NCBI GenBank assembly: GCA_963836075.1
Contig: CAWIIB010000008.1
Coordinates: 128,001-192,000, forward strand
Length of the DNA stretch: 64,000 nucleotides
Source: an uncultured Acidobacteriota bacterium
GTDB taxonomy: Bacteria > Acidobacteriota > JAQAZP01
Direction of reading: 5' to 3'
Below are positions 32,981-42,159 of the stretch, piece by piece. Numbering within the stretch: the first letter of the stretch is position 1; each line of letters opens with the position of its first letter. The notes beneath the pieces are model-generated. The model did no database searches and was not told where the DNA came from. It was given only the letters and a program-made list of their open reading frames with translations. The position numbers and the translations under genes were made by a program.

Positions 32981-34240
32981 ATGGACAAGCTGCTGATCAG
33001 GGGCGGGAAGAAACTGAACGGGACGGTCTCCGTCTCCGGGGCCAAGAACGCCCTGTTGCCGGCCATGGCTGCTTCGCTGCTCACCGACCAGGCCGTGGTG
33101 CTGCGCAACGTTTCCACCGTCCGTGACGTGCGGACCATGATCCGCCTGCTGGAGATGCTGGGCAAGACGGTGAAGTGGATCGATCAGGAATCGGCCATTT
33201 CCATCAGCAACGGCGGGGACACCGGCACCGGTGAGGTGCCCTACGACCTGGTGAAGACCATGCGCGCCTCGGTGCTCTGCCTGGGGCCGCTGCTGGCCCG
33301 GCGGGGCAGCGCCCGGGTCTCGCTCCCCGGCGGCTGCGCCATTGGCGCCCGGCCGGTGGACCTGCACCTCTACGGCCTGGGCAAGATGGGCGCCAGGGTG
33401 GCCATCGACCAGGGCTACATCGAGACTTCGGCTCCGCAGCTCTTCGGCACCGAGATCTTTCTCGACAAACCGACGGTCACCGGCACCGAGAACCTGCTGA
33501 TGGCCGCCTCCCTGGCCGACGGGGTCACCGTGATCCGCAACGCGGCGCGGGAGCCGGAGATCTCCGACCTGGTGCGGCTGCTGGGGACCATGGGCTGCCG
33601 CATCGAGGGGGAGGGGACCGCCACCCTCACCATCGAGGGGGTGAAAGTACTGGGCGGCGCCGATCACCCGGTGATCCCCGACCGGATCGAGGCCGCCACC
33701 TATGTCATCGCCGGGGCCGTGGCCGGCGGCACGGTGCGGGTGGAGGGCTGCGGGCCCCAGCTGTTGCCCGCCCTGCTCGGTACGCTGGAGAACGCCGGGG
33801 TGGCGCTGGAGATCGGCGAGACGGCCATCACCGTCACCGGCGGCAAGGAACTGGTTGCCCGGGACATGGAGACCAGCCCCTTTCCCGGCTTCCCCACCGA
33901 TGTCCAGGCCCAGTACATGGCCCTGATGACCCAGGCCAAAGGCACCAGCGTGATTGCCGAGCAGGTTTTCGAGAACCGCTTCATGCACGTGGCCGAACTT
34001 CGCCGCCTGGGGGCCAGCATTCGGGACAGCGGACGCACCGCGGTGGTGGAGGGGCCCACAGAGCTCAATGGCGCCCAGGTGATGGCCACCGACATTCGGG
34101 CCAGCGCGTCCCTGGTGGTGGCCGGGCTGGCCGCCACCGGTGAGACGCTGATCGACCGCATCTACCACCTGGACCGCGGTTACGAGAAACTGGAAGAGAA
34201 GCTCGGCGCTCTGGGCGCCGATATCGAGCGGATCACCTGA
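32981..34240 (+). CDS. murA: UDP-N-acetylglucosamine 1-carboxyvinyltransferase
   Basis: SGAKNA, MRAS, LPGGCAIGARP, PDRIEA, PGFPTD.Q, FENRFMH, HLDRGYE. Confidence 0.98.
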   Translation: MDKLLIRGGKKLNGTVSVSGAKNALLPAMAASLLTDQAVVLRNVSTVRDVRTMIRLLEMLGKTVKWIDQESAISISNGGDTGTGEVPYDLVKTMRASVLCLGPLLARRGSARVSLPGGCAIGARPVDLHLYGLGKMGARVAIDQGYIETSAPQLFGTEIFLDKPTVTGTENLLMAASLADGVTVIRNAAREPEISDLVRLLGTMGCRIEGEGTATLTIEGVKVLGGADHPVIPDRIEAATYVIAGAVAGGTVRVEGCGPQLLPALLGTLENAGVALEIGETAITVTGGKELVARDMETSPFPGFPTDVQAQYMALMTQAKGTSVIAEQVFENRFMHVAELRRLGASIRDSGRTAVVEGPTELNGAQVMATDIRASASLVVAGLAATGETLIDRIYHLDRGYEKLEEKLGALGADIERIT

Positions 34241-34263
34241 CTCCGAGGGGAGGGAGAAACGCC

Positions 34264-34611
34264 ATGTCCTCTGACTGCCTGTTCTGCAAGATCGTCGCCG
34301 GGGAGATCCCGGCCAACGTGGTCTACCGGGACGACCATCTGCTGGCCTTCGAGGACATCAATCCCCAGGCACCCACCCACATCCTGATTATCCCCCTCGA
34401 GCACATGGCCACCCTCGACGAGCTGGACCAGAGCAAGGAGGCCATCGCCGGCAAGATCCTGGTGGCGGCGCGGAACATCGCCCGGAAAAAGGGGCTGGAT
34501 GACCGTGGCTACCGCCTGGTGGCCAACTGCCTCGAGTCGGCGGGACAGACCGTCTTCCACATCCACTTCCACCTGCTCGGCGGCAGGAACCTCGGCTGGC
34601 CTCCGGGCTAG
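34264..34611 (+). CDS. Histidine triad (HIT/HinT) nucleotide-binding protein
   Basis: DCLFCKI, DINPQAPTH, AGQTVFHIHFHLLGGR, C-terminal WPPG. Confidence 0.95.
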   Translation: MSSDCLFCKIVAGEIPANVVYRDDHLLAFEDINPQAPTHILIIPLEHMATLDELDQSKEAIAGKILVAARNIARKKGLDDRGYRLVANCLESAGQTVFHIHFHLLGGRNLGWPPG

Positions 34612-34640
34612 CGCCACCGTCTCTCATCACGAGGTGCCCG

Positions 34641-35273
34641 ATGAACAAGCGGGGTATGGTCCTTTTTTCCGTCATTCTGCTGTCGCTGCTCTCAACCCCG
34701 GGGACGAGTGCCGACAACAGGACGCAGCACTATTTCAGGGCCTGTCTCGTAGCCATCCACACGCTGCTGCCCGGGCCCGTTCCTCGCAGTGCCATGGCCG
34801 GAGGAATGGTGTCGCTGATCGATGCGGCTGACAACAGGGGATCAAAGGACGGCTTCAGCGCCCAGCTCTGGCTGGTCCCCGACTCGGAACTGTTTTTCGA
34901 GAGGATGCAACAGTCGGATGCTCCCCTGGTCCCGCCGTCGGGTCACGCCGTTCGCGGCAGGCCCCTGGAAACCGCGGTCCTTTTCCAGAACCCGCTGGCC
35001 GGAGATGAAGGAAAGCTCGATGTGACCTATGACATCGTGGTGTGGCGGCCCGACGGCTCACTCTACGGCAGGGTCCCCGATCTTGCGGGGGTGGACGAGG
35101 GGGACAGAGCGGCACCGCTGCAGCCCGGGGCCCTCCGGCTGGGCGATGGCCTGATCCAGATCGTCATCGAGCCCCATGATCCGGGCGGCTTCTACCGGGT
35201 GCAGGCGACGGTGACGGACAACAACCGCCAGCTGAGCCTGGAATTGAACGAGTGGTTCGTGATTGATGAGTAG
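34641..35273 (+). CDS. Hypothetical exported protein
   Basis: GAGG RBS, signal peptide, beta-rich C-terminus. No family recognised. Confidence 0.55.
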   Translation: MNKRGMVLFSVILLSLLSTPGTSADNRTQHYFRACLVAIHTLLPGPVPRSAMAGGMVSLIDAADNRGSKDGFSAQLWLVPDSELFFERMQQSDAPLVPPSGHAVRGRPLETAVLFQNPLAGDEGKLDVTYDIVVWRPDGSLYGRVPDLAGVDEGDRAAPLQPGALRLGDGLIQIVIEPHDPGGFYRVQATVTDNNRQLSLELNEWFVIDE

Positions 35274-35307
35274 CGGCCGCCGGGCTGGGCATTGCCTCAA
35301 AAAACAC

Positions 35308-35337
35308 TTGCATTGGGGCTGGGAAAGCACATATAAT
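35308..35337 (+). promoter_or_regulatory. sigma70 promoter of the ferredoxin gene
   Basis: TTGCAT-N18-TATAAT. Confidence 0.6.
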
Positions 35338-35452
35338 TCCGGGTCTTTTGTGGTATTGAGCTTTAACGCCATATGTTTTCAATGATTTAGGTGGCCTTTG
35401 CCGGCAGGGATCGTGACGGCGGGCCTTCAGATCAGGTGCGGAGGATTTCCCA

Positions 35453-35626
35453 ATGGCACACGTCATCACCGAAGAATGTATCGCCTGTGCGGCCTGCGAG
35501 GCCGAGTGCCCGGAAGAGGCCATCAGCGAAGGCGATCCCATATTCGTCATCAACGCCGAACAGTGCACCGACTGCGGCGCCTGCGCCGAAGTCTGCCCGG
35601 TGGAGTGCATAACCGCTCCCCAGTAG
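35453..35626 (+). CDS. 2[4Fe-4S] ferredoxin (57 aa, absent from the ORF track)
   Basis: MAHVITEECIACAACEAECPEEAISEGDPIFVINAEQCTDCGACAEVCPVECITAPQ has two CxxCxxCxxxCP motifs. GGAGG RBS. Confidence 0.95.
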   Translation: MAHVITEECIACAACEAECPEEAISEGDPIFVINAEQCTDCGACAEVCPVECITAPQ

Positions 35627-35650
35627 GCGCCGTTCCCATGGCGGGAATGA

Positions 35651-35683
35651 AAAGGCAGGGTGGGAAGTCGCCCTGCCTTTCTT
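35651..35683 (+). terminator. Intrinsic terminator after the ferredoxin gene
   Basis: AAAGGCAGGG-N10-CCCTGCCTTT-CTT hairpin. Confidence 0.65.
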
Positions 35684-35873
35684 GCGTACCGCCACCTGTT
35701 CCACCGCATCATTCCGCAATTCCTCTCATTTGCCCGGAAAGTGTACACTCCTGTAACCAAAGTCAACTTCTTGTCGATCCAGTCCCTCCGCGTCACTTTT
35801 CCGGCACCCTCGCTGCCACCCCTTAGTCTTTGTAATAAAACCACTTGAACGAATGCGGTTTTTTCACCGCCGC

Positions 35874-35889
35874 TGGCATCGTCGTTGCT
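35874..35889 (+). promoter_or_regulatory. Putative sigma54 (-24/-12) promoter
   Basis: TGGCAT-CGTCG-TTGCT, with exact GG-N10-GC spacing. Confidence 0.6.
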
Positions 35890-35962
35890 CTGTCCCAAGG
35901 TTCGGGTTTTGAAATTGAATGCCGGGGGTTCGCATGAGGACCCGTGCATGAGGGGGCCGGCG

Positions 35963-36682
35963 ATGTTTAGACTTTTCTGGAACAGAATGCGGTGTACCGA
36001 TTGCGGTGTCTGTGCGGACGGCTGCCTTCGCGACTGCATCAGCCGCAGTACGGGCGGGACCATGATCGGCGGCGGCCATGCCTGCGCCGGCTGTGGTTTT
36101 TGTGTTGAGGGATGTCCGGGCGGCGCTTTGCGGCTGGTCTGGGACCGGTCGGCCGTCGATTCCTCCATCGTGCCGGAAGAAGAGGACTTCTATCCCGAAA
36201 TCCCTTACTTCCTCAAGGAGTTGATGCAGCTGGGGCGGCCCGGCAAGGTGCGGGCCACCATGTTCGACTGCATCAGCCTGCTTCCCCCCGACGAGGAGGC
36301 GCGCCAGGCCGTGCGCCAGGTGGTCTTTCGCGACCGCTTCGACGAACACCGGCCGTTCATGTATGCCACCGAAGAGATGCGTCGCTATTCGCTGACCAGC
36401 ACCGGCGACTTCAGCGGTGTCTGTCACACCGCGCCCGGTTCCGTGACCCACAGGGTCCAGGCGGAGAGCCGGCACTGCATCCCCGACGGCGAAAGCTCCG
36501 GCAGCTGTGCCGGCCCGGACTGCCGGGACTGTCTGCTCTGCAAGGCCGCTCTGGAAGAGGGGGTGGACGGTGCCTGTCTCGGCGGCAGTGAATGGTCCTC
36601 CGCCCCGGACGACGGGTTCGAGAACTGCCCGCTGACCCTCGCCCGCTGTCCCTATCTCAAGCAGGAACCCCAGTCGGCCTGA
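35963..36682 (+). CDS. 4Fe-4S dicluster domain protein with a Cys-rich C-terminal region
   Basis: CTDCGVCADGC and CAGCGFCVEGCP at the N-terminus, with many further Cys at the C-terminus. RBS GAGGGG. Confidence 0.75.
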   Translation: MFRLFWNRMRCTDCGVCADGCLRDCISRSTGGTMIGGGHACAGCGFCVEGCPGGALRLVWDRSAVDSSIVPEEEDFYPEIPYFLKELMQLGRPGKVRATMFDCISLLPPDEEARQAVRQVVFRDRFDEHRPFMYATEEMRRYSLTSTGDFSGVCHTAPGSVTHRVQAESRHCIPDGESSGSCAGPDCRDCLLCKAALEEGVDGACLGGSEWSSAPDDGFENCPLTLARCPYLKQEPQSA

Positions 36683-36780
36683 GCTCTTTTTCCCCAACCG
36701 TCAGTTGATCCGCTGCCGGGTCCACCTGTGCTACAATCCTCGCTCGCCGGACAGCCGGCGCACCGCAAGCGGGGGACCCC

Positions 36781-39351
36781 ATGGACCGAACGTATGCCGA
36801 AAAATACCAGGAACTGCTGACCCGGGTGGAGAAACCGGCCCGCTATGTGGCCGGCGAGCAGGGCGCTCCCCGCGACCCGCGGCCCCTGCCGGACCAGGTG
36901 CGGGTGGCGCTGGTCTTCCCCGACACCTACGAGATCGGCATGTCGCACCTCGGGCTGCGCGTCCTGCGCCACGTGCTGGAACAGCGGGACGGCGTCTTCG
37001 TCGATATCGTCTTCTCCCCCTGGACCGACATGGAGCGGGAGATGCGCGCCGCCTCCGTTCCCCTGCTGGGCCACTTCAGCCGGATCCCGGTTCGGGAGTT
37101 CGACCTGGTGGGCTTTTCGCTGCAGAGCGAGCTGACCTACACCACGGTGCTCAACCTGATCGATCTGGCCGGGCTGCCGCTGCACGCCGCGGAGCGCGGC
37201 CCGGACGGGCCGGTGGTGATGGCCGGCGGCCCCAGCGCCTGGAACCCCGAGCCGCTGGCCGACTTCATCGACCTCTTCTTCATCGGCGACGGTGAGGAGG
37301 GGCTGCCCCAGCTGGCCGATCTTGCCCGGTCCCTCGGGCCGGTGCGCCAGGGCCGCCGCAATGATTTCCTGGAGGCGGCCGTATCGGTGACCGGTGTCTA
37401 TGTCCCTGCGGTCCCTTCCCCGGACGGTGTGCGGCGCCGCCTGCTGACCACGCTGTCGCCGACGCACATCCCCGACCGGCCGCTGGTTCCGCTCACCGGC
37501 ATCTCCCAGGACCGCCTGACCCTGGAGATCATGCGCGGCTGCAGCCGCGGCTGCCGCTTCTGCGGTGCCGGCTACATCTACCGCCCGGTGCGCGAGCGCG
37601 ACCCGGACCAGCTGGTGGAGGCGGCCCAGAGGGGCATCGAAGCCAGCGGCTGGGAGGAGGTGGGCCTGGTCTCGCTCTCCAGCTCGGACCACAGCCGGAT
37701 CGAGGAACTGATCTCCACGCTGAACAGCCGGATGGCCTGCCGCCGGGTATCGGTGTCGCTCCCCTCGCTGCGCGCCGACAAGTTCAGCCCCCGGCTGGCC
37801 CGGCTGGTCAAGGCGGTGCGCAAGAGCGGCTTCACTTTTGCCCCCGAGGCGGGCACCGAGCGGCTGCGGCGGGTGATCAACAAGAACCTCAGCCGCGAAC
37901 AGCTGCTGGAAACGGTGGCCACGGTCTACGCCGAGGGCTGGCAGCTGGTGAAGCTCTACTTCATGATCGGGCTGCCCGGGGAGCGGGAGGAGGACCTGGA
38001 GGGCATCATCGATCTGGCCCAGGAGGTCTCGCGTCTGGGGCGCCGGGGCAAGGGCCGGCCGGGGCGGGCCAATATCAGCCTCTCACCGTTCGTGCCCAAG
38101 CCGCACACCCCGTTCCAGTGGGCGGCCTTCGGGCCGGTGGACCAGCTGAACCGCCATCTCTCCCGGCTGCGCGAGCGGTTGTCGCGGATCCCCGGCATCT
38201 CGGTGAAGTGGCACGAGCCGGACCTGGCCCTGATCGAGGCGGTGCTGGCCCGCGGGGGCCGCAACACCGGACGGGCCCTGGAACTGGCCTGGCGCAAGGG
38301 GCTCAAGCTGGAGAGCTGGAGCGAGAACTGTTCGCCGGCAGTCTGGGCCGAGGCATTTGCCGAGGCCGGCATCGACCCGCAGCGGGAAACCGCCGAGCGG
38401 GACCCGGAGGACCCGCTGCCCTGGGATTTCATCAACACCGGGCTGCGGCGGTCGTTCCTGGTCAAGGAGTGGCAGCGGGCGCTGGCCGAGGAAACCACTC
38501 CGGACTGCCGCACCGAGGGCTGCACCGGCTGCGGGCTGGGCAAGGACGAGTGCGATTTCCTGCGCCGCGAGACGGAAGGGCCGGGGCCCGCGGTGGAAAC
38601 CGGCGGAGTCGCGGCCGGAGAGGCTGCGCTGCCCGCGGCGTGGAAGACGCCGGAAGACAGCCAGGTCGACCCGCTGCTCTACCGCTTCACTTTCAGCAAG
38701 GAAGGACCGGCGGTGCTCATCTCGCACCTCGACCTGGTGCGCGCCTTCGAGCGGGGGGTGCGAGCCGCGGGTCTGCGCCCCGACTACTCGAAGGGTTTTT
38801 CACCCCGGCCGCGGTTTTCCTACGGGCCGCCGTTGCCCCTGGGCCACTGCGGACTGGCCGAATTCTTCGAAGGCCGTTTTGTCGAGCCGCTGGACCCGGA
38901 GGTCCACCGGCGGGCGATCAACCAGGCCCTGCCCGAAGGGCTGCGGGTGACCGCCGTGGAACGTCTTCCCGGGCGCGGGGTGTCGCTCTTCGGCAAGCTG
39001 GTCAGCGCCGACTACCGGGTAGCCTTCCCGCCGACGGGAGAAGAGGGGCTGCCGCTGCGCAGCGTCGACGAGGTGACCGGTGCGCTGGAGCGTTTCGCCC
39101 GGCGGGACACCTGGCCGGCCCGGTCGGTGGGCAAGTCGGGCAAGCCGCGTGAGGTGGACCTGATTCAGGACGTGCTGCATCTGGAACAGCTGGGCGACGG
39201 GACCACGGACCTGCTTTTCCGGTTGCGGCTCAGCACCGGGGAGACAGCGGTGGCCGGCTGGCGGCTGGCGCTAAGCGAGATTTTCGGTCTTCAACCGGCC
39301 GAGGTGAACCGGCTGCGGATCACCCGCACCGGGTTCGGAACCCGCGGTTGA
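36781..39351 (+). CDS. TIGR03960-type radical SAM protein fused to a DUF2344/TIGR03936 domain
   Basis: VEKPARY..GE, FPDTYEIGMSHLG, EIMRGCSRGCRFC, FTFAPEAG, FVPKPHTPFQW, C...C..CG, then ISHLDL.R.F.R...S.GF.PRP. Confidence 0.92.
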   Translation: MDRTYAEKYQELLTRVEKPARYVAGEQGAPRDPRPLPDQVRVALVFPDTYEIGMSHLGLRVLRHVLEQRDGVFVDIVFSPWTDMEREMRAASVPLLGHFSRIPVREFDLVGFSLQSELTYTTVLNLIDLAGLPLHAAERGPDGPVVMAGGPSAWNPEPLADFIDLFFIGDGEEGLPQLADLARSLGPVRQGRRNDFLEAAVSVTGVYVPAVPSPDGVRRRLLTTLSPTHIPDRPLVPLTGISQDRLTLEIMRGCSRGCRFCGAGYIYRPVRERDPDQLVEAAQRGIEASGWEEVGLVSLSSSDHSRIEELISTLNSRMACRRVSVSLPSLRADKFSPRLARLVKAVRKSGFTFAPEAGTERLRRVINKNLSREQLLETVATVYAEGWQLVKLYFMIGLPGEREEDLEGIIDLAQEVSRLGRRGKGRPGRANISLSPFVPKPHTPFQWAAFGPVDQLNRHLSRLRERLSRIPGISVKWHEPDLALIEAVLARGGRNTGRALELAWRKGLKLESWSENCSPAVWAEAFAEAGIDPQRETAERDPEDPLPWDFINTGLRRSFLVKEWQRALAEETTPDCRTEGCTGCGLGKDECDFLRRETEGPGPAVETGGVAAGEAALPAAWKTPEDSQVDPLLYRFTFSKEGPAVLISHLDLVRAFERGVRAAGLRPDYSKGFSPRPRFSYGPPLPLGHCGLAEFFEGRFVEPLDPEVHRRAINQALPEGLRVTAVERLPGRGVSLFGKLVSADYRVAFPPTGEEGLPLRSVDEVTGALERFARRDTWPARSVGKSGKPREVDLIQDVLHLEQLGDGTTDLLFRLRLSTGETAVAGWRLALSEIFGLQPAEVNRLRITRTGFGTRG

Positions 39352-39373
39352 AGCGGGTTTCAGGAGGTGTGTC

Positions 39374-39607
39374 ATGCGCGGATACCCTGGATATCCCCAG
39401 GGACAGCCGGGACGGCAATTCGATGACTTCGAGGCGTCCCGACTTTTCTGTCCCACATGCCGGGAGGCGCAGCCGGTCCGCCGCCGCTTGCTGCTGGTCC
39501 TTCCCGGCGGCGATCTCTACGACTACACCTGCCGGGTCTGCGGAACCTCGGTGGGGTCGCAGAAAAACACCCAGCCGCCTCCCGAGATCCAGGTGGTTCC
39601 CGACTGA
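39374..39607 (+). CDS. Small zinc-ribbon-like hypothetical protein
   Basis: AGGAGG RBS; FCPTC...PVRRRLLLVLP.GDLYDY.C.VCG (two CxxC). Confidence 0.7.
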   Translation: MRGYPGYPQGQPGRQFDDFEASRLFCPTCREAQPVRRRLLLVLPGGDLYDYTCRVCGTSVGSQKNTQPPPEIQVVPD

Positions 39608-39763
39608 CCGTCCCGCGCAGCGCCGCCCCACCCGCCTGTCTGGCCACCGCATCTCCGCGGCCGGTTTTCCCGGCCAATTTCCTGTTTAATGTCGCCGCCC
39701 ATGTTGCCGATTCATAAGGGGACTCTGCTGGTATGTTCGGCAGTGATCTGGAGAGGATTGATA

Positions 39764-40291
39764 ATGGGTGAGAAGAGAGCCGCATCCGTACCCACGGCGA
39801 TACCGCTTGACGTGATTGCGCCGTCGGGCGTGCTCGGCGTGCTCGACGACCTTTCGAGCATGATCCTCGGCCAGATGGCCACCGACCGCAAACTCCGGGC
39901 GATCCTCGAGACGCTCAGCGAACACATCGACGTGGACGGTGCGCGGTTCGTTCTCAATTGCCGGCTGGCCCGGGAGAGCTACTCCGCGGTTCCTTCGGCC
40001 CGCCGGCGGGGCCAGGACCTGGATGCGGTGCTGAAGGAATATCCGGCAATCCTCGACTCGCTGACCAGGGGTACCGGCACCGTGGTGGAGAACGGGGGCA
40101 CCCTCGGCCGCTCTGACACGCACGGCAACGGCGGTTCGTCACTCTGTGTGCCGGTCTGTCGTAACGGGGGCATTGTGGGACTGCTCTGTGTCTCCACCTC
40201 GCGGGGACGGGGAAGCTTCAGCCCCTGGGAAGTGGACTTCTGCTCCATTCTGGCCAACATGGCCGGAGCCGCGCTCACCGCCGCATCCTGA
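39764..40291 (+). CDS. Stand-alone GAF-domain protein
   Basis: SSLCVPV...G.IVGLL.V....R.SFS..EV.F...LAN.AG.AL is a GAF C-terminal pattern. Confidence 0.6.
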   Translation: MGEKRAASVPTAIPLDVIAPSGVLGVLDDLSSMILGQMATDRKLRAILETLSEHIDVDGARFVLNCRLARESYSAVPSARRRGQDLDAVLKEYPAILDSLTRGTGTVVENGGTLGRSDTHGNGGSSLCVPVCRNGGIVGLLCVSTSRGRGSFSPWEVDFCSILANMAGAALTAAS

Positions 40292-40294
40292 GCC

Positions 40295-40939
40295 TCACTT
40301 TTCCACGAACAGATCGGGCAGCTCTTCACGCACCATGGACAGGACGGCATCCTGCACGTCCGGCTGCGGCCGGTCAGCGTCGATGCGGTGGAACCAGGGC
40401 CGCCGGAGCTGGAGGAAGAGCCGGCGAACCTGCTCCAGGTAGGCTTCCTTCTCGAAGGCCGAGCGCTGCCCCCCCCGGCCCAGTCTGATCCGCTCCAGGG
40501 AGGTGGATACCGGCAGGTCGAGGAGCAGGGCCAGGTCGGGCTGGGGGGCGAAGGACTCGTTCTCGGACAGGATCGACTCGGGGTCCATGCCCAGTGCGCC
40601 CTGGTAGGCGGCGGTGGAGAGGTAGTAGCGGTCCAGAACCACCACTCGCCCGGCCTCCAGGTCGGGCCGGATACCGGAAGCCACGTGCTGGCGGCGGTCC
40701 TCGATGAACAGCGCCGTTTCGGCCTCGGGGGCGATGCCCTTGCGCCCTTCGCTGATGATCCGCCGCAGCTCCTGTCCCGCCGGGCCGTCGGTGGGCTCGC
40801 GGCGGAGCACGGTGCTGTTTCCGGCGTCCGTCAACCGCCGGGCCAGCCAGGCGGCAAGGCTCGATTTCCCCGAGCCGTCGATCCCTTCGAGGACGATCAG
40901 CCGGCCGCCACCCGCCGGCCGGCTCTCTTCGGGCATCAC
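40295..40939 (-). CDS. tmk: Thymidylate kinase
   Basis: LEGIDGSGKS, REP, LDRYYLST.AYQG, PDL.LLLD. Confidence 0.95.
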   Translation of the reverse strand: MMPEESRPAGGGRLIVLEGIDGSGKSSLAAWLARRLTDAGNSTVLRREPTDGPAGQELRRIISEGRKGIAPEAETALFIEDRRQHVASGIRPDLEAGRVVVLDRYYLSTAAYQGALGMDPESILSENESFAPQPDLALLLDLPVSTSLERIRLGRGGQRSAFEKEAYLEQVRRLFLQLRRPWFHRIDADRPQPDVQDAVLSMVREELPDLFVEK

Positions 40940-42159
40940 CGGACCCTCCGTGGCTGTCGGATGCGGGTTTCCGGCTGCTGGTCGCCGCGCTCCTCCTGTT
41001 CTTCCGACCTGGGGGGCTGTTCATCCTCCTCCACGGCATCGAGGTAGATCATCGAATGCATTCGGCCGGCGGTGCCGCCGGACTGGCGGTGGGAGTGGAA
41101 CAGGCCTTCCGGCCCGTCGGTGGAGGGCAGTCCCCCATAGATCGACCGCTCGTGCAGGCCGGCCGCCAGCAGCTGGATACGCACTGCCGCCTCCAGGTCG
41201 AGGTGTGGTCCGTCGCTCTCCTGGTGCAGCACCCCCTCCATGCCGTTCTCGGGCAGTGAGGCGGCTACCTTCTGGACCACTTCGTCGCCCACCCGGTAGC
41301 CCTGGCAGGAGATGGAGGGGCCGATAAAGGCGAGAAAGCGGCCGGCCTGTATCTGGAAGGCTTCGGACATCCGCTGGACCACCTTGGCCGGCAGTCCGTC
41401 GGCGATCCCGCGCCAGCCGGCGTGTACCGCGGCCACCGTGGTGCCCCGGCGGTCGGCCAGCATCACCGGCACGCAGTCGGCGGTGGCGATCACCAGGGCC
41501 AGGCCCGGGGCGCGGGTCACCATGGCATCCCCCTCCCGGGGGAAGGTGTCGGCATGGGCCAGTGAGCCCAGCAGGTGAACCCGGGAGCCGTGGACCTGTT
41601 CCAGCTGGACTGTCCTGACCCGGTTTCCACTGACCAGTTCCTGGGGCGGCGTTTTGACCAGCGGGTCCCACGCCTTGCTGCCGAAGAGGACGGTGAAGCG
41701 CAGCGGGCGGCCGCCCTCGGCCCGGGCGGTGAACCAGGGTCCGGAGTCCCGGTTCACGGTCTCCAGCCAGATGCGGCGTTTCGAGGTCCGCTGGCGGTCC
41801 GGGCGGGCATCCCGTTTGGGCTGGTCTCCGGCAGGGTGACCGGAGGGCTGGCGCTGCTGTCCGGCGGCCTGGGCCTCCTGGGACGGTTTGGCGCCGGCCG
41901 GGCCCCGGGGACGGTTGCGGGGCCTGCGGTTCCGGCGGCGTTCGGACCGTTCGCCCTGCCGATTCCCCGACTGGGGTGCATCCGCCCGCTGTTCCTGTTT
42001 GCGGCCCTGACCGCTCCGGGAGCGGCTGCGTTTCTTCTGCTGCCCTTCCTGCCCCGAGGCCGGGGCACCGGCCCCTGGCTTGCGCTGGCGGTTGCCGCCG
42101 CGTTCGTTTCCGGACCCGCGCCGGCCGCGTCCGCCCTCGTTTTTCGAATCCTGGTTCAT
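40936..42159 (-). CDS. PgeF/YfiH (DUF152) family protein with a long basic N-terminal extension
   Basis: QVHG, GDAMVT, TADCVPV, VHAGWRG, IGPSI..Y.VG, FHSHR. Confidence 0.85.
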   Translation of the reverse strand: MNQDSKNEGGRGRRGSGNERGGNRQRKPGAGAPASGQEGQQKKRSRSRSGQGRKQEQRADAPQSGNRQGERSERRRNRRPRNRPRGPAGAKPSQEAQAAGQQRQPSGHPAGDQPKRDARPDRQRTSKRRIWLETVNRDSGPWFTARAEGGRPLRFTVLFGSKAWDPLVKTPPQELVSGNRVRTVQLEQVHGSRVHLLGSLAHADTFPREGDAMVTRAPGLALVIATADCVPVMLADRRGTTVAAVHAGWRGIADGLPAKVVQRMSEAFQIQAGRFLAFIGPSISCQGYRVGDEVVQKVAASLPENGMEGVLHQESDGPHLDLEAAVRIQLLAAGLHERSIYGGLPSTDGPEGLFHSHRQSGGTAGRMHSMIYLDAVEEDEQPPRSEEQEERGDQQPETRIRQPRRVR

